Source: Clostridiales bacterium
GTDB taxonomy: Bacteria; Bacillota; Clostridia; Oscillospirales; CAG-272
Direction of reading: 5' to 3'
Assembly (NCBI GenBank): GCA_022791195.1
Contig: JAAVYP010000004.1
Span: 5,087-69,086 of the forward strand
Length of the DNA: 64,000 nucleotides
Shown here: in pieces, positions 51,450-60,913 of the stretch
How the letters are laid out: every line of letters begins with the position of its first letter
Position numbering within the stretch: the first letter of the stretch is position 1
Position numbers and translations under genes: made by a program
The notes under the pieces: generated by a model
Told to the model about the DNA's origin: nothing
The model's input: only the letters and a program-made list of their open reading frames with translations
Databases searched by the model: none

Positions 51450-51730
51450 TATAATAGAAGTAAATCAAAGGTTTGCTTCGTAATACTACAAAGCTTCCGC
51501 TGCCTTAAAGTTTAGAGGTTTTGGCTCTGCCAAAATTTCGCTTGGTTAAGCGAAAAGCTAAACTTTGGAAGCTAACCGTAGGTTTGCTTCATGATACCAC
51601 AAAGCTTTCACTGTCTTAAAGTTTAACGATGCCGGTATCACCGGCAGAGCGTGCAAATGCACGATCAGTTAAACTTTAGAAGCCAACCGTAGGTTTGCTT
51701 CTATTATACCATAAAATTCCGACTTCGCAA
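51450..51730 (-). repeat. Promoter-headed hairpin array B (3 palindromes, exact 111-bp period)
   Basis: Palindromes at 51457, 51568, 51679; minus-strand TTGCGA-16-TATAAT at 51730-51703. Confidence 0.88.
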
Positions 51731-51786
51731 GCAAACATATTTTGAATTTCAGCGCCGGCTGTCTTAGCGGGTACGCCACAAGCATA

Positions 51787-51836
51787 AAACCCACCATGCT
51801 TCTTTCGAGGACGAAAGACATCATAGTGGGTTTTTT
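51787..51836. terminator. Hairpin terminator after the acylation cluster
   Basis: AAAACCCAC..GTGGGTTTT. Confidence 0.7.
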
Positions 51837-51840
51837 CTGC

Positions 51841-52374
51841 TTACTTTAACTTCTCAATGGCTTCTTGTGCGCGGGTGTTGTCGGGGGTGATCAGCAAAAT
51901 CGCAAAAGGACCGTCGGTGTAGGTTTTTGCATTTTGCATCATGCCGGCAAAGGAGGGATCGTACATGGATTTGTCACCGCCCGACAAGGTTTCGAGCCGG
52001 CGGTCTAACAGGGCTTTTAGCTGCTCGGCGTTTTCCTCATTGGCGGCTTTGAGCACCTGTACCTCGAAAGTCTCTTTGCTGTTGCAGATGTAGAGCGCAT
52101 ATTCTTTGATAAGTGCAAATTCAGGACACTCTTCAAACAGGCCGTCCTCAATCAGCGAGAGGGTGAAGGTGTCAATTTCCTGTCTTTGTTCGCTGTCGTT
52201 TGCATAGCGGTGTTCGGCCTGGGGGGTGTTTTCGTCTGCGTCGAGCACGGCTTGTACAATATCGTCGCTGGTGACGCCGGACGGAAAGGTTTTCGACTGG
52301 CTGCCGCAGGCGGCGGTCATCGCCAGCAGGGCGATCAGGCAAAGCAATAAAATCAGTTTCTTTTTCATAATCAT
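51841..52374 (-). CDS. DUF4358-like lipoprotein
   Basis: Lipobox TAAC; usual companion of MBOAT/DHHW clusters (recalled, not searched). Confidence 0.7.
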   Translation of the reverse strand: MIMKKKLILLLCLIALLAMTAACGSQSKTFPSGVTSDDIVQAVLDADENTPQAEHRYANDSEQRQEIDTFTLSLIEDGLFEECPEFALIKEYALYICNSKETFEVQVLKAANEENAEQLKALLDRRLETLSGGDKSMYDPSFAGMMQNAKTYTDGPFAILLITPDNTRAQEAIEKLK

Positions 52375-52420
52375 CTACTCTCCTAAATCGGTTAATAAAA
52401 TGGTGTTTATGGATTCTCTT

Positions 52421-53803
52421 TTACTTCGCGTAATTGCAAATGCTGATGTTCGCGTTTTCCAGCATGACTTTCAGCAAATTGCGCTCGGATACGATGTAAA
52501 TCACATAATCGGGATTGGCCTTTCTCAGGGTCTCTTTATCTAATTTATAACTGTGGCTGTTTTGCCAGTATACGGTGGAGAACCGATCGTTGACCATATC
52601 ATATGCCGTGCAGCCAAAGGAATCCCGGCAGATCACCGCGGTGGGCAGATCGCTTGCCGCTTGGTTTTTGATGGTAGCCGCCGACGAGTTTGTGCCGTTG
52701 ACGTAAATGCTTTTGCCGCCCCGGTAGACACTGGACAGGGTATCGGTCGGCATTTTTAATGAATACAGGGTGGTCAGCTCGCTGATTTTGGTGCGCTCGG
52801 GCTTGCCGGCGCTGCCGGTTTTTGAATAATTTTCAAAGCCGCCGTTGTCGCCAAACGAGAAAAGCGCGTCGCCGCCCCAAAGGGTTTCGGTATAAAAGCC
52901 CATGTCGCTGACGCTGCGGGGCGCGGCCGCCGGATGCTTCTCTGCCACATGCTCCATCAGCGCGGCAATACCCCAGTAGGCGCCGTAGGTTGACCAGTGC
53001 GAGTCGGTGTTGTGATAAATTTTGTAGCCGAAGCCATCGTTTTTATGCTCGATAAAAGAATCTAACGGATAGATCACCGTGGCGCCTTCTTGCTCGGCGA
53101 TTTCTTTGAATGCGCTGAACACACTGTTTTCAGCCGGCGTTTTGTAAGCTTCGGGCAGGCTTTCGGGATAAACCGCCGCCGAAGAGGGCACGACCAGATA
53201 AATTAACTCGGCATCGGGATTGACCTCTTGCAGGGTTTGCTTGTTCGCGGCGATGTTCTTTTCTGCCCGCTCTTGTATCGAGGGGGTGACAACATCCGAC
53301 AGGGTGTAGGAAAGCAGCGCGCTGTAGAAATGCATGCGGCTGTTTTCGACGAACACGGGCATGTATTCGTCGGCTGTCATCTTGTTTTCCATCTGGGTAT
53401 AGGTGGCTGTGGCTGTCGAGGCGGCCGAGGAGGCGCCGTCCTCATAAAGCTCCTTGACGCTGATTTCACAGGTTTCGCTAAGGGCAATCTGGCCGATGAA
53501 GTAGCTGCTCTCGGGCAGATAATCGGGGATGATTTTGGTGGTTTCGATGCCGTCGCCCGATACCTCGATTGCGTCGCAGTTGGCAGAGCTGATGCCGCCG
53601 ACAATGCAGATGCCGGTCGCGACCGGCGTGCAGATGGTGATTTCGGGTGCGGCCGGCAGATTGGTGTCTGCTGTGGCTTCATCTGTGTTTTCGGGGCCGT
53701 TCACAGCCGCCGGCTCGGATTGCTTTTGACAGGCGGCCAACGATAAGCCGGCCAGCATGGCGGCCATGGCCAGCAAAAGACAGAAAATGCGTTTTTTCAT
53801 CAT
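52421..53803 (-). CDS. DHHW/AlgJ-AlgX-like SGNH lipoprotein
   Basis: Lipobox LAAC; YHNTDSHWSTYGAY and RDSF. Confidence 0.82.
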   Translation of the reverse strand: MMKKRIFCLLLAMAAMLAGLSLAACQKQSEPAAVNGPENTDEATADTNLPAAPEITICTPVATGICIVGGISSANCDAIEVSGDGIETTKIIPDYLPESSYFIGQIALSETCEISVKELYEDGASSAASTATATYTQMENKMTADEYMPVFVENSRMHFYSALLSYTLSDVVTPSIQERAEKNIAANKQTLQEVNPDAELIYLVVPSSAAVYPESLPEAYKTPAENSVFSAFKEIAEQEGATVIYPLDSFIEHKNDGFGYKIYHNTDSHWSTYGAYWGIAALMEHVAEKHPAAAPRSVSDMGFYTETLWGGDALFSFGDNGGFENYSKTGSAGKPERTKISELTTLYSLKMPTDTLSSVYRGGKSIYVNGTNSSAATIKNQAASDLPTAVICRDSFGCTAYDMVNDRFSTVYWQNSHSYKLDKETLRKANPDYVIYIVSERNLLKVMLENANISICNYAK

Positions 53804-53896
53804 GGTTGTTGTTCCTTTTCCTCATTTATATATATATAATTTTCACAGTATCAAATGGCTTTTCCCAAACAAACTAACGATATGCTTGGGATAACC

Positions 53897-54031
53897 GAAG
53901 CAAATCCCCGATTTGCTTTTTTTATCGCAAAAAATATAAACAAACTTAAAGTTTATCGTTTTTGGCAGAGCCAAAATTTCGCTTGGAAAAGCGAAAAGAG
54001 AAACTTTAGAAGCAAATCTCCGATTTGCTTC
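53897..54031 (-). repeat. Hairpin array C (2 palindromes, 112-bp period)
   Basis: Palindromes at 53897 and 54009; the latter overlaps the TGA of the upstream gene. Confidence 0.85.
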
Positions 54032-55925
54032 ATTTGGCATATTGCGTCAGGTTGATGTTGGGATTTTCCAGCATGACTTTCAGCAGATTTTGCTCGGAGA
54101 CAATGTAAATCACATAATCCGGTCTTAAATCCCAGATGGCTTCGCTCGGGAAGGTGTAATCGTGGCTGGGTTGCCAATAGACGGTAGAGAACCGGTCGTT
54201 GATCATATCATAAGCCGGTACGCTGAAAGAATCCCGCAGGATCAGCGCGCTGGGAAGCCCCGCTCCGTTGGGGTTTGAAACCACCGCACGGCCCGAGTTG
54301 GAATCGCCGTTGACATATACACTTTTGTTGCCCCGATAGACTGACTCGATGGTGGCCGTGGGCATAGAGCGTGTGTACAGGGTGGTCAGCTCGCTGATTT
54401 TGGTGACGGCCGTTTGGCCGGTGCGTCCGGTGCGGGAGAAATTCTCAAAGCCGCCGTTGTCGCCAAACGAGAAAAGCGAATCGCCGCCCCACAGCTCCTT
54501 TGTGTAAAAGCCCATGTCGGCAACCGTGCGTGGCGCCGCGGCGGGATATTTTTGGCTGATGTGGTTCATCAGCTCGGCGACGCCCCAGTAAGCGCCGTAG
54601 GTGGACCAATGCGAATCGGTGTTGTGATAGATTTTATACCCTTTGCCGTCGTTTTTGTGTGCGTTAAAGGTGGAAAGGGGGTAGATCACCGTTGACCCTG
54701 CTTGGGACGCCATATCTGCGAAGGCTTGGTACAGCGTCTCGCCCGAGGCTTTTTCGTACCCATCCGGCAGGCTTTCGGGATAGACCGCCGCCGAAGAGGG
54801 CACGACCAGATAAATCAGCTCGGCATCGAGATTAGACACTCTCACCATTTCGTGATGGCGCTTTAGATTTTCCGCTGCTTTGGTGCGCAGGTCGCCGGCA
54901 ACAACATGGGAAAGGGAATAAGAAAGCAGAGAGCTGTAAAAATACATGCGGCTGTTTTTTCCGAACACCGGCATATACTCGCCCGACGTCATTTTGTTGG
55001 GCATGTTATGGTTGGGCGCGCTGCGGATCACGGCCTTGGAAAGCTCCTTGTACGCTTCCTTGCCCTGAATAGAAAGACTGGTTGAATCGCTTATCTTGAC
55101 CTGGCCGATAAAGAAATGGCTGTTTGTTCCATAGTCGGGATAGATGTAGACGGTGGCGGCATGATCGCCGCTGACCTTGATATATTCGGTGTCGGCCGTG
55201 CAGGTGCCGCCCACAATGTAAATGCCGGCGGCCACTTGGGCGGTAATGGTCACGGTTGGCTGGGTCGACAGGTTTTCGCCCGGGGCCGGGTAAACGACGC
55301 CGGGCAGCTGCGTGAAGGTTCCACCGGAGGAAGGCTCGCTCGGCGCAGTGGCTGACGGAAGATCAGACGAGCCGGACGGCCCGGACAACGACCCGCTGCT
55401 CGTTCCCTCTACGGTGACAAGGCAAGCCGCCTGATAGGTCTTATCCTTGGTGGCGGCGATGATGTGCGCTGTGCCGGCGGCGATGGCCTTGACCACGCCC
55501 TTTTGATCCACCTTAGCCACGGCCTCGTTGGTCGAGGACCAGACAAGGTCCTTTGGCGTTTCAGACAGCGTTGACGTAACGGTGAGGGTGGTTTCCTCGC
55601 CGGGCTTCAGGGTTACTTTCAGCTTGTCAAACGCAAGGCCCGGCCGGTCGGCCGCGTCGGTATCTGTTTGGGAAGGGTCTGTTTGCTCGGGCGCAGGATC
55701 GGTTGGTTCATCGCCGGTATTGGTCACAGGCTCGGTGTACGAGCTGCCGTCGGACGAGGCGTTTATCTGATTACTGATGTGAACAAGAAAGAGAACGCCG
55801 GCTGTGAGCATGAGCACAACCGCCCCGGCAAGACAGCCGAGGATGATTTTTTGCTTTTTTGATAACCTTTTGAGTGCAGATACTTTTTCGAGCAGACCCC
55901 GAAAGAATGCGGACACCTTATTCAT
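54030..55925 (-). CDS. Membrane-anchored DHHW/AlgJ-like protein with Ig-like (Big_2) domain
   Basis: TM helix, WSSTNEAVAKVD..GVVKAIAAGTA, YHNTDSHW, RDSF; start MNKVS. Confidence 0.82.
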   Translation of the reverse strand: MNKVSAFFRGLLEKVSALKRLSKKQKIILGCLAGAVVLMLTAGVLFLVHISNQINASSDGSSYTEPVTNTGDEPTDPAPEQTDPSQTDTDAADRPGLAFDKLKVTLKPGEETTLTVTSTLSETPKDLVWSSTNEAVAKVDQKGVVKAIAAGTAHIIAATKDKTYQAACLVTVEGTSSGSLSGPSGSSDLPSATAPSEPSSGGTFTQLPGVVYPAPGENLSTQPTVTITAQVAAGIYIVGGTCTADTEYIKVSGDHAATVYIYPDYGTNSHFFIGQVKISDSTSLSIQGKEAYKELSKAVIRSAPNHNMPNKMTSGEYMPVFGKNSRMYFYSSLLSYSLSHVVAGDLRTKAAENLKRHHEMVRVSNLDAELIYLVVPSSAAVYPESLPDGYEKASGETLYQAFADMASQAGSTVIYPLSTFNAHKNDGKGYKIYHNTDSHWSTYGAYWGVAELMNHISQKYPAAAPRTVADMGFYTKELWGGDSLFSFGDNGGFENFSRTGRTGQTAVTKISELTTLYTRSMPTATIESVYRGNKSVYVNGDSNSGRAVVSNPNGAGLPSALILRDSFSVPAYDMINDRFSTVYWQPSHDYTFPSEAIWDLRPDYVIYIVSEQNLLKVMLENPNINLTQYAK

Positions 55926-57066
55926 GTTCGTTCTCCTTTGTAAATGGAATGGTAAGGTAGCTGAAATGATTTGGTTTGTCAAATTCGGTGATGCACTGGT
56001 AGATAATGACCGCGTCAAACGGCTCTTGGCTGACGAGCTGCTGCACATTTTCCTTATAATAGCGCAAGTCGATCAGTGTCAAATCATAGTGGCGGGCCAA
56101 AAAGGGAGCGATGCAGTCGGCAAAGCTGTCCCGGATTAAAAGCAGCCTGGGCCTTGGTGCTGCGCCGGGCAGCGTGATGTCCACCCGAGCGTGGTTTCCG
56201 CCGAGAAAGACGGCGTATTGATCGGTGGCGGCAAGCTTTTCAAAATCATAAAATCCGGTGAGGGGGGTCGATTCTTCCCCTGCCAACACCTGATAGGCGG
56301 TGTCGTTTTCGTAGCGATACAGAGTGATGGTGTCTTTGGGGGCTAAATAAAAGCCCGAGGTACGCATCGACGTGCCGCAAAATGAAGCGGACACCTCTTG
56401 GATGTCAAAATCGCTTTTCTCATAGGGCGTAAAGCCAAGGGTCTGTGCCAGCAGGCAGTAGGTTTGGTAAGCGCCGTCGGTTGTGTAGTGATGGTCGGTG
56501 CGGTAGTAGGCGCCGCTTTCGCACAGAGCAGGGAAAAGCGGAAGGGTGATCAGGTTTTCCTGCCCGCAAAGCTGTGTAAGACGGCTATAAAGGCTTGCCG
56601 CATCATCGGCAGGGTACCATGCCGGCAGCTTGTCGGTGAATACATCGACCGGACGGGGCAGCGGCGCGATATACACAGGCGCGGGTGAGGCCCCGGCAAA
56701 CGCGGCCAGCGCCGTTATGTTTTTTTGCAGCGCTTCGCTGTTGGTTTCCTCTGCCTTGGGAATCAAATATTGATCGGCCGTATGAATCACCCCGTTGTTT
56801 TCGCCTTTGCCCATGGCCAGCTCGGCATAGGCTTTGACGCAGACGAACGCATCGCGCAGGGGGAACTGATCGGCATAGTAATCCCCTAATTTTTGTGTGT
56901 ATTCACCCGAAAGCAGTGCCGAACGAGTGAAGGTCGGCCGGCCGGCCAGGGTTCGATTTTCTTTTTCAGACAGCGCTTTGTCGGGCAGCAGAAAGAAGCC
57001 GACGCTGAACGCGCCTATGAGGATGCATGTGGTCAGTGTTAAAATAAAATCAATTCTACGTTTCAT
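55918..57066 (-). CDS. DHHW-family protein
   Basis: SEKENRTLA, DQFPLRD, YYRTDHHYT, RDSFA, IDLRYY. Confidence 0.88.
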   Translation of the reverse strand: MKRRIDFILTLTTCILIGAFSVGFFLLPDKALSEKENRTLAGRPTFTRSALLSGEYTQKLGDYYADQFPLRDAFVCVKAYAELAMGKGENNGVIHTADQYLIPKAEETNSEALQKNITALAAFAGASPAPVYIAPLPRPVDVFTDKLPAWYPADDAASLYSRLTQLCGQENLITLPLFPALCESGAYYRTDHHYTTDGAYQTYCLLAQTLGFTPYEKSDFDIQEVSASFCGTSMRTSGFYLAPKDTITLYRYENDTAYQVLAGEESTPLTGFYDFEKLAATDQYAVFLGGNHARVDITLPGAAPRPRLLLIRDSFADCIAPFLARHYDLTLIDLRYYKENVQQLVSQEPFDAVIIYQCITEFDKPNHFSYLTIPFTKENEHE

Positions 57067-58475
57067 CAGAACCTAAAATAAAGAAAAGGATTGTATGAGG
57101 AATCAACTAAATACGCCGTGCAGAGAAGCAGGGCCAGCGGACAAAGGATCGTGCTGGGCACATGCGGGCCGAGCTTTTGTTCAAGCCGGTCCCAGAGCCG
57201 TTTGGGATACGGGGTGGAAGCGAAGCAGAGGATCGCCAGAAAGACGAGGGAGCGGACAAGCTCATACACCACAGCGCCCGACCAGAGCGGGCCGACGAAC
57301 AGTCCCTTGGCGTACGCAAGCGGATTTGCCAGATCGCAGGCGATGAAAATCCACCAGCCAATTAAAATGAAAAACAAAGCATAGAGGTGAGAAAATACCC
57401 GCGGAATCCGGTCAAGAAGCTTTAACAAGAACGCTTTTTCTAAAATCAGCAAGAAACAGAAGTAGAGTCCCCAGCCGATAAAATTCCAGCTGGCGCCGTG
57501 CCAAAGACCGGTGAGGAACCAAACGACAAAGAGGTTGACATACGTCCGCCCCGGCCCCTTGCGGTTGCCGCCCAGCGGAATGTAGACATATTCACGGAAC
57601 CAGGTGGAAAGGGTGATGTGCCACCGCCGCCAAAATTCGGTGATGCTCCTTGACACATAGGGATAGTTAAAGTTTTCAGGGAAATGGAAGCCGAGAATCA
57701 GGCCAAGGCCGATAGCCATGTCCGAATAGCCTGAGAAATCAAAATAGATTTGAAACGCATAGAACAGAATGCCCAGCCAGGAGCCAAGCAGGGTGCTGCT
57801 CTCGGCCGCCCCGGCTGCAAAGGCTTCATACAACTGGCCGGACGGGTTGGCCAGAAGAACCTTTTTGCAAAGGCCGCAGGTGAAGCGCCGGATGCCGGCC
57901 GCGCTTTGCGAGAGGGTGTGGGAACGGCCGACAAGGGCCTCGGCCACCTCCTGATAGCGCACAATAGGGCCGGCGATCAGTTGGGGAAACATGGTGACAT
58001 ACGCGCCGAACGAGACGATGTTTGTTTGCCGCTTGGCGTGGCCTCTGTAAACATCCAGCGTATAGGACATGGTTTGAAACGTGTAAAAAGAAATGCCGAC
58101 CGGCAGCGGTACGCCAAGCGGCTTTAAAAAACGCAGAGCCGGAATAGCCGCCGAAAGGTTGGCAATCAAAAAATCGGCGTATTTGAAAAAGCCCAGCATG
58201 CCAAGATTGATGATGGCGCTGGCAATGACAAACCGTCTCGCCTTTTTTCGATTCACGGGCAAAAAGCGGTCGACAAAATAACCGCATACATAATCCACGA
58301 TAATCGAAAAAATCATAATAAAGACATACACCGGCTCGCTCCAGCCGTAAAAAAGCAGGCTGACTACCAGCAAAGCTAAATTCCGCCCCTTTAAAAAGGC
58401 CGGCGGAATGAGAAAATAGACCAGCAGGCAAACGGGTATGTACAAATACAGAAATTCAAGAGAGGAAAAAACCAT
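57066..58475 (-). CDS. MBOAT O-acyltransferase (AlgI/PatA-like)
   Basis: MVFSS, LPVGISFYTFQ, FPQLIAGPIVR, FSGYSDMAIG, FWRRWH, GLWHGA, YNPFLYFRF. Confidence 0.95.
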   Translation of the reverse strand: MVFSSLEFLYLYIPVCLLVYFLIPPAFLKGRNLALLVVSLLFYGWSEPVYVFIMIFSIIVDYVCGYFVDRFLPVNRKKARRFVIASAIINLGMLGFFKYADFLIANLSAAIPALRFLKPLGVPLPVGISFYTFQTMSYTLDVYRGHAKRQTNIVSFGAYVTMFPQLIAGPIVRYQEVAEALVGRSHTLSQSAAGIRRFTCGLCKKVLLANPSGQLYEAFAAGAAESSTLLGSWLGILFYAFQIYFDFSGYSDMAIGLGLILGFHFPENFNYPYVSRSITEFWRRWHITLSTWFREYVYIPLGGNRKGPGRTYVNLFVVWFLTGLWHGASWNFIGWGLYFCFLLILEKAFLLKLLDRIPRVFSHLYALFFILIGWWIFIACDLANPLAYAKGLFVGPLWSGAVVYELVRSLVFLAILCFASTPYPKRLWDRLEQKLGPHVPSTILCPLALLLCTAYLVDSSYNPFLYFRF

Positions 58476-58701
58476 AGAAAAAGCCTTCGCCTTCTATCAG
58501 CAAGTGATGAATTTTGGGAATATCGCTTTAAAGACAGGGGGTTAAACGCGGGTGCTCTGGTTATTTGATGTGCGTACCACAGGCCGTGCCAAGGGGACTG
58601 TCATTGGTACGACCATTAGCCGACCGTACCACCAATAGTACCTATTGGTGGGATCGTTTGCTTAGTCGCCGGGCGTCCCGGTGGGCGTATCAAAAGGCGC
58701 C

Positions 58702-59256
58702 CTATTGCGGGGTGCCGTCTGCCCGGAACAGAGGCAGCGGTTCTAAATAAATAATGTCATCTCGATTTATGGCATCGCCTTCGGCCAAAATGGCCATTTT
58801 GCCGCAAATGTGTCCGCCGGCCTTTTCGACGAGCGTCTCCAGCGCTTTGAGCGATTCGCCGGTGGAGATGACATCATCCACCAAGAGGATGCGCTTGCCC
58901 TGCATGAGGGCCGCGTCGGCTTGGTCTAAATAAAGCCGCTGGGTGTTTTGGGTGGTAATGGATTTTACTTCGGCCTCAAAAACGCCGGTCATGTACAGCT
59001 TGGGCGCTTTTCTGGCCAGCATGTATTTGGCGTCCCCGTGCTGGCGGGCCATTTCATGCGCTAAAGGAATGCCCTTGGCTTCGGCGGTGATGAGATAGTC
59101 ATAGGCAGGGGCCTTTTCTAAAAGTGCCTTGGCACAGGCAACGGTTAGCTCCTGATCGCCGAAAATGACGAAAGCGCCGATGGAAAGGGCGTCGCTGATG
59201 GGACACAAGGGTAAAGAACGGGTAACGCCCGCTACGGTCATAGTATAATGCTTCAT
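58702..59256 (-). CDS. apt: Adenine/purine phosphoribosyltransferase
   Basis: AEAKGIP, ARK, PRPP loop LLVDDVISTGES. Confidence 0.8.
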   Translation of the reverse strand: MKHYTMTVAGVTRSLPLCPISDALSIGAFVIFGDQELTVACAKALLEKAPAYDYLITAEAKGIPLAHEMARQHGDAKYMLARKAPKLYMTGVFEAEVKSITTQNTQRLYLDQADAALMQGKRILLVDDVISTGESLKALETLVEKAGGHICGKMAILAEGDAINRDDIIYLEPLPLFRADGTPQ

Positions 59257-59347
59257 AAAAACCTCGGTTATGTAAAAATTTTACGGTGATTCATATGCCG
59301 GCGCAAAGCGCCAATCGATTTGTTTCTATTTATATTATGAAAGAACC

Positions 59348-59701
59348 GCCATCTTGAAATTACGACGTTCCAGCTTTGCTGGAAGTGCGACATTCCAGCA
59401 AAGCTGGAAGTCGGACGGTTCTGGCAAAGCCGGAATTGCGCTTGGGAAAGCGCAAAGGTAAACTTTTGAAGTCAATGGAAGTAAATCTCCGATTTACTTC
59501 GGTATACGATAAAAGGATTGCCATCTTGAAATTACGACGTTCCAGCTTTGCTGGAAGTGCGACATTCCAGCAAGGCCGGAAGTCGGACGGTGCCGGTTTA
59601 CCGGCAGAGCGTGCAAATGCACGATCAGTTAAATTTTTAAAGTAAATCTCCGATTTACTTCAGTTTACTTCTATTATACTATGGATTTTGTAAAAAATCA
59701 A
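59348..59701 (-). repeat. Promoter-headed hairpin array D (2 extended units)
   Basis: Minus TTGATT-17-TATAAT (59701-59673); palindromes at 59639 and 59478; direct repeat GCCATCTTGAAATTACGACGTTCCAGC.. at 59348 and 59520. Confidence 0.85.
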
Positions 59702-59977
59702 TCAATCTGTGATTATATAACAGACGGTATCTGTTAAAATAGGCTGTAAGAAAAGCCTGAATATGAATTTTTATACAAAAATGGGCAAAAATGAAACGGA
59801 TTTACCGTGCCTGTCCTGCATAGACGTGTGAAAACACCGTTTGATTATCCTATGAAACAAAGGGGGCGGCAAACACCAAACGCATGTTATCCTGCAAAAA
59901 ATCCGCCGAAAAGCGAATGCTTTTCAGCGGATGATTTTTGTTTGCGCGTACAAATTACCGGTTGTGCCGGCGCTTTG

Positions 59978-60631
59978 TTATTTTGTTTCGATGGTTTCGG
60001 GCGAGGCTTCTTCAGGCGCGGCGCTCTCTTCCGGCTTTTCCGGTGCTGCGGCAGCTTCCCCAGCGGGAACGGCTTCTGCCTGCTGTTTCTTGCGAGAGCC
60101 GGCTTTAAATGCATTGCGGATCGCCGAGGCGGCCGCAACAAAGCCAAGCGCATAGGCGACGAGCAGATCCTGCAGGACGGCGCCCAGTATTTCTTTTTCC
60201 TCTAAAAATACGTTTGTCGAGCGAATGGCCTCGGTCAGGGTGATGCCGTAGTCATCGTGAAACTGTTGATAAATTTCATAAGAAAGACAGAAATATTCAG
60301 CAATAAAAATCACAATCAGCACCATAAAGATAGAGACAATCGCGCCAACCATTGAGTTTTTCCGGCCGGAAAAGAGTTGATAGCCAAAAATGGACAGGGC
60401 AGCGATAATGAGTCCGCTAATGCCTGCGATAAAGCCGGTTTGATAGATGGCGAAATAAAGCACGCCGCCAACCAGCGAAAATAAAAACGCACCGACAATA
60501 CCGACAATCACATTTTCGGGCCCTGCGTCAGCCTTGTTCTTTTTAGGTGGCTTGGCGCTCTCGGGTGTTTTCAAATCGGGCGATACCGTTTCGCCATTTA
60601 ATTTTACTTCGTTCTGTTCATTCATCATCAT
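59978..60631 (-). CDS. Hypothetical membrane protein (about 4 TM)
   Basis: GIVGAFLFSLVGG etc.; RBS AGGAAGG. Confidence 0.8.
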   Translation of the reverse strand: MMMNEQNEVKLNGETVSPDLKTPESAKPPKKNKADAGPENVIVGIVGAFLFSLVGGVLYFAIYQTGFIAGISGLIIAALSIFGYQLFSGRKNSMVGAIVSIFMVLIVIFIAEYFCLSYEIYQQFHDDYGITLTEAIRSTNVFLEEKEILGAVLQDLLVAYALGFVAAASAIRNAFKAGSRKKQQAEAVPAGEAAAAPEKPEESAAPEEASPETIETK

Positions 60632-60843
60632 GACCTTCCTTTCTCTGCATCCGCGGCACTTTTTCTGGGGTGCGCGGCGTGAAACGACCTCATTTAACAA
60701 AGGTAATCGTTCCTGCTGCAACATTCATTCGCCCTTATTATAGCGAAAAACAAGGTGAAAAGCAAGATGTTTGAACATTTTATGGCGCGAATGAATCAAA
60801 TACCGTGAATTTTTTTCGACATATCTTTGCAAAAGGACTGAAT

Positions 60844-60884
60844 AAACGCCCCCTCGCCTTAGAAGCAAAAGCGAGGGGGCGTTT
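60844..60884. terminator. Terminator after MATE gene
   Basis: AAACGCCCCCTCGC..GCGAGGGGGCGTTT. Confidence 0.8.
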
Positions 60885-60913
60885 TGTACCGCATCGAATG
60901 CAGCCTTTTTGGA

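Noticed and set aside
51787-51836. Hammerhead ribozyme (contains CGAAA)
   Set aside because: No CTGANGA core; explained as a terminator hairpin
58550-58702. 6S RNA or a named riboswitch
   Set aside because: TTTGATGTGCG loosely recalls 6S, but there is no clear promoter, central bubble or 3' CGGCA motif; no known aptamer consensus recognised
40218-59701. The 111-bp arrays as CRISPR arrays
   Set aside because: Only 2-3 units per locus, degenerate repeats, inserts that are self-complementary and reused between loci, a period longer than CRISPR, and no cas genes in the window
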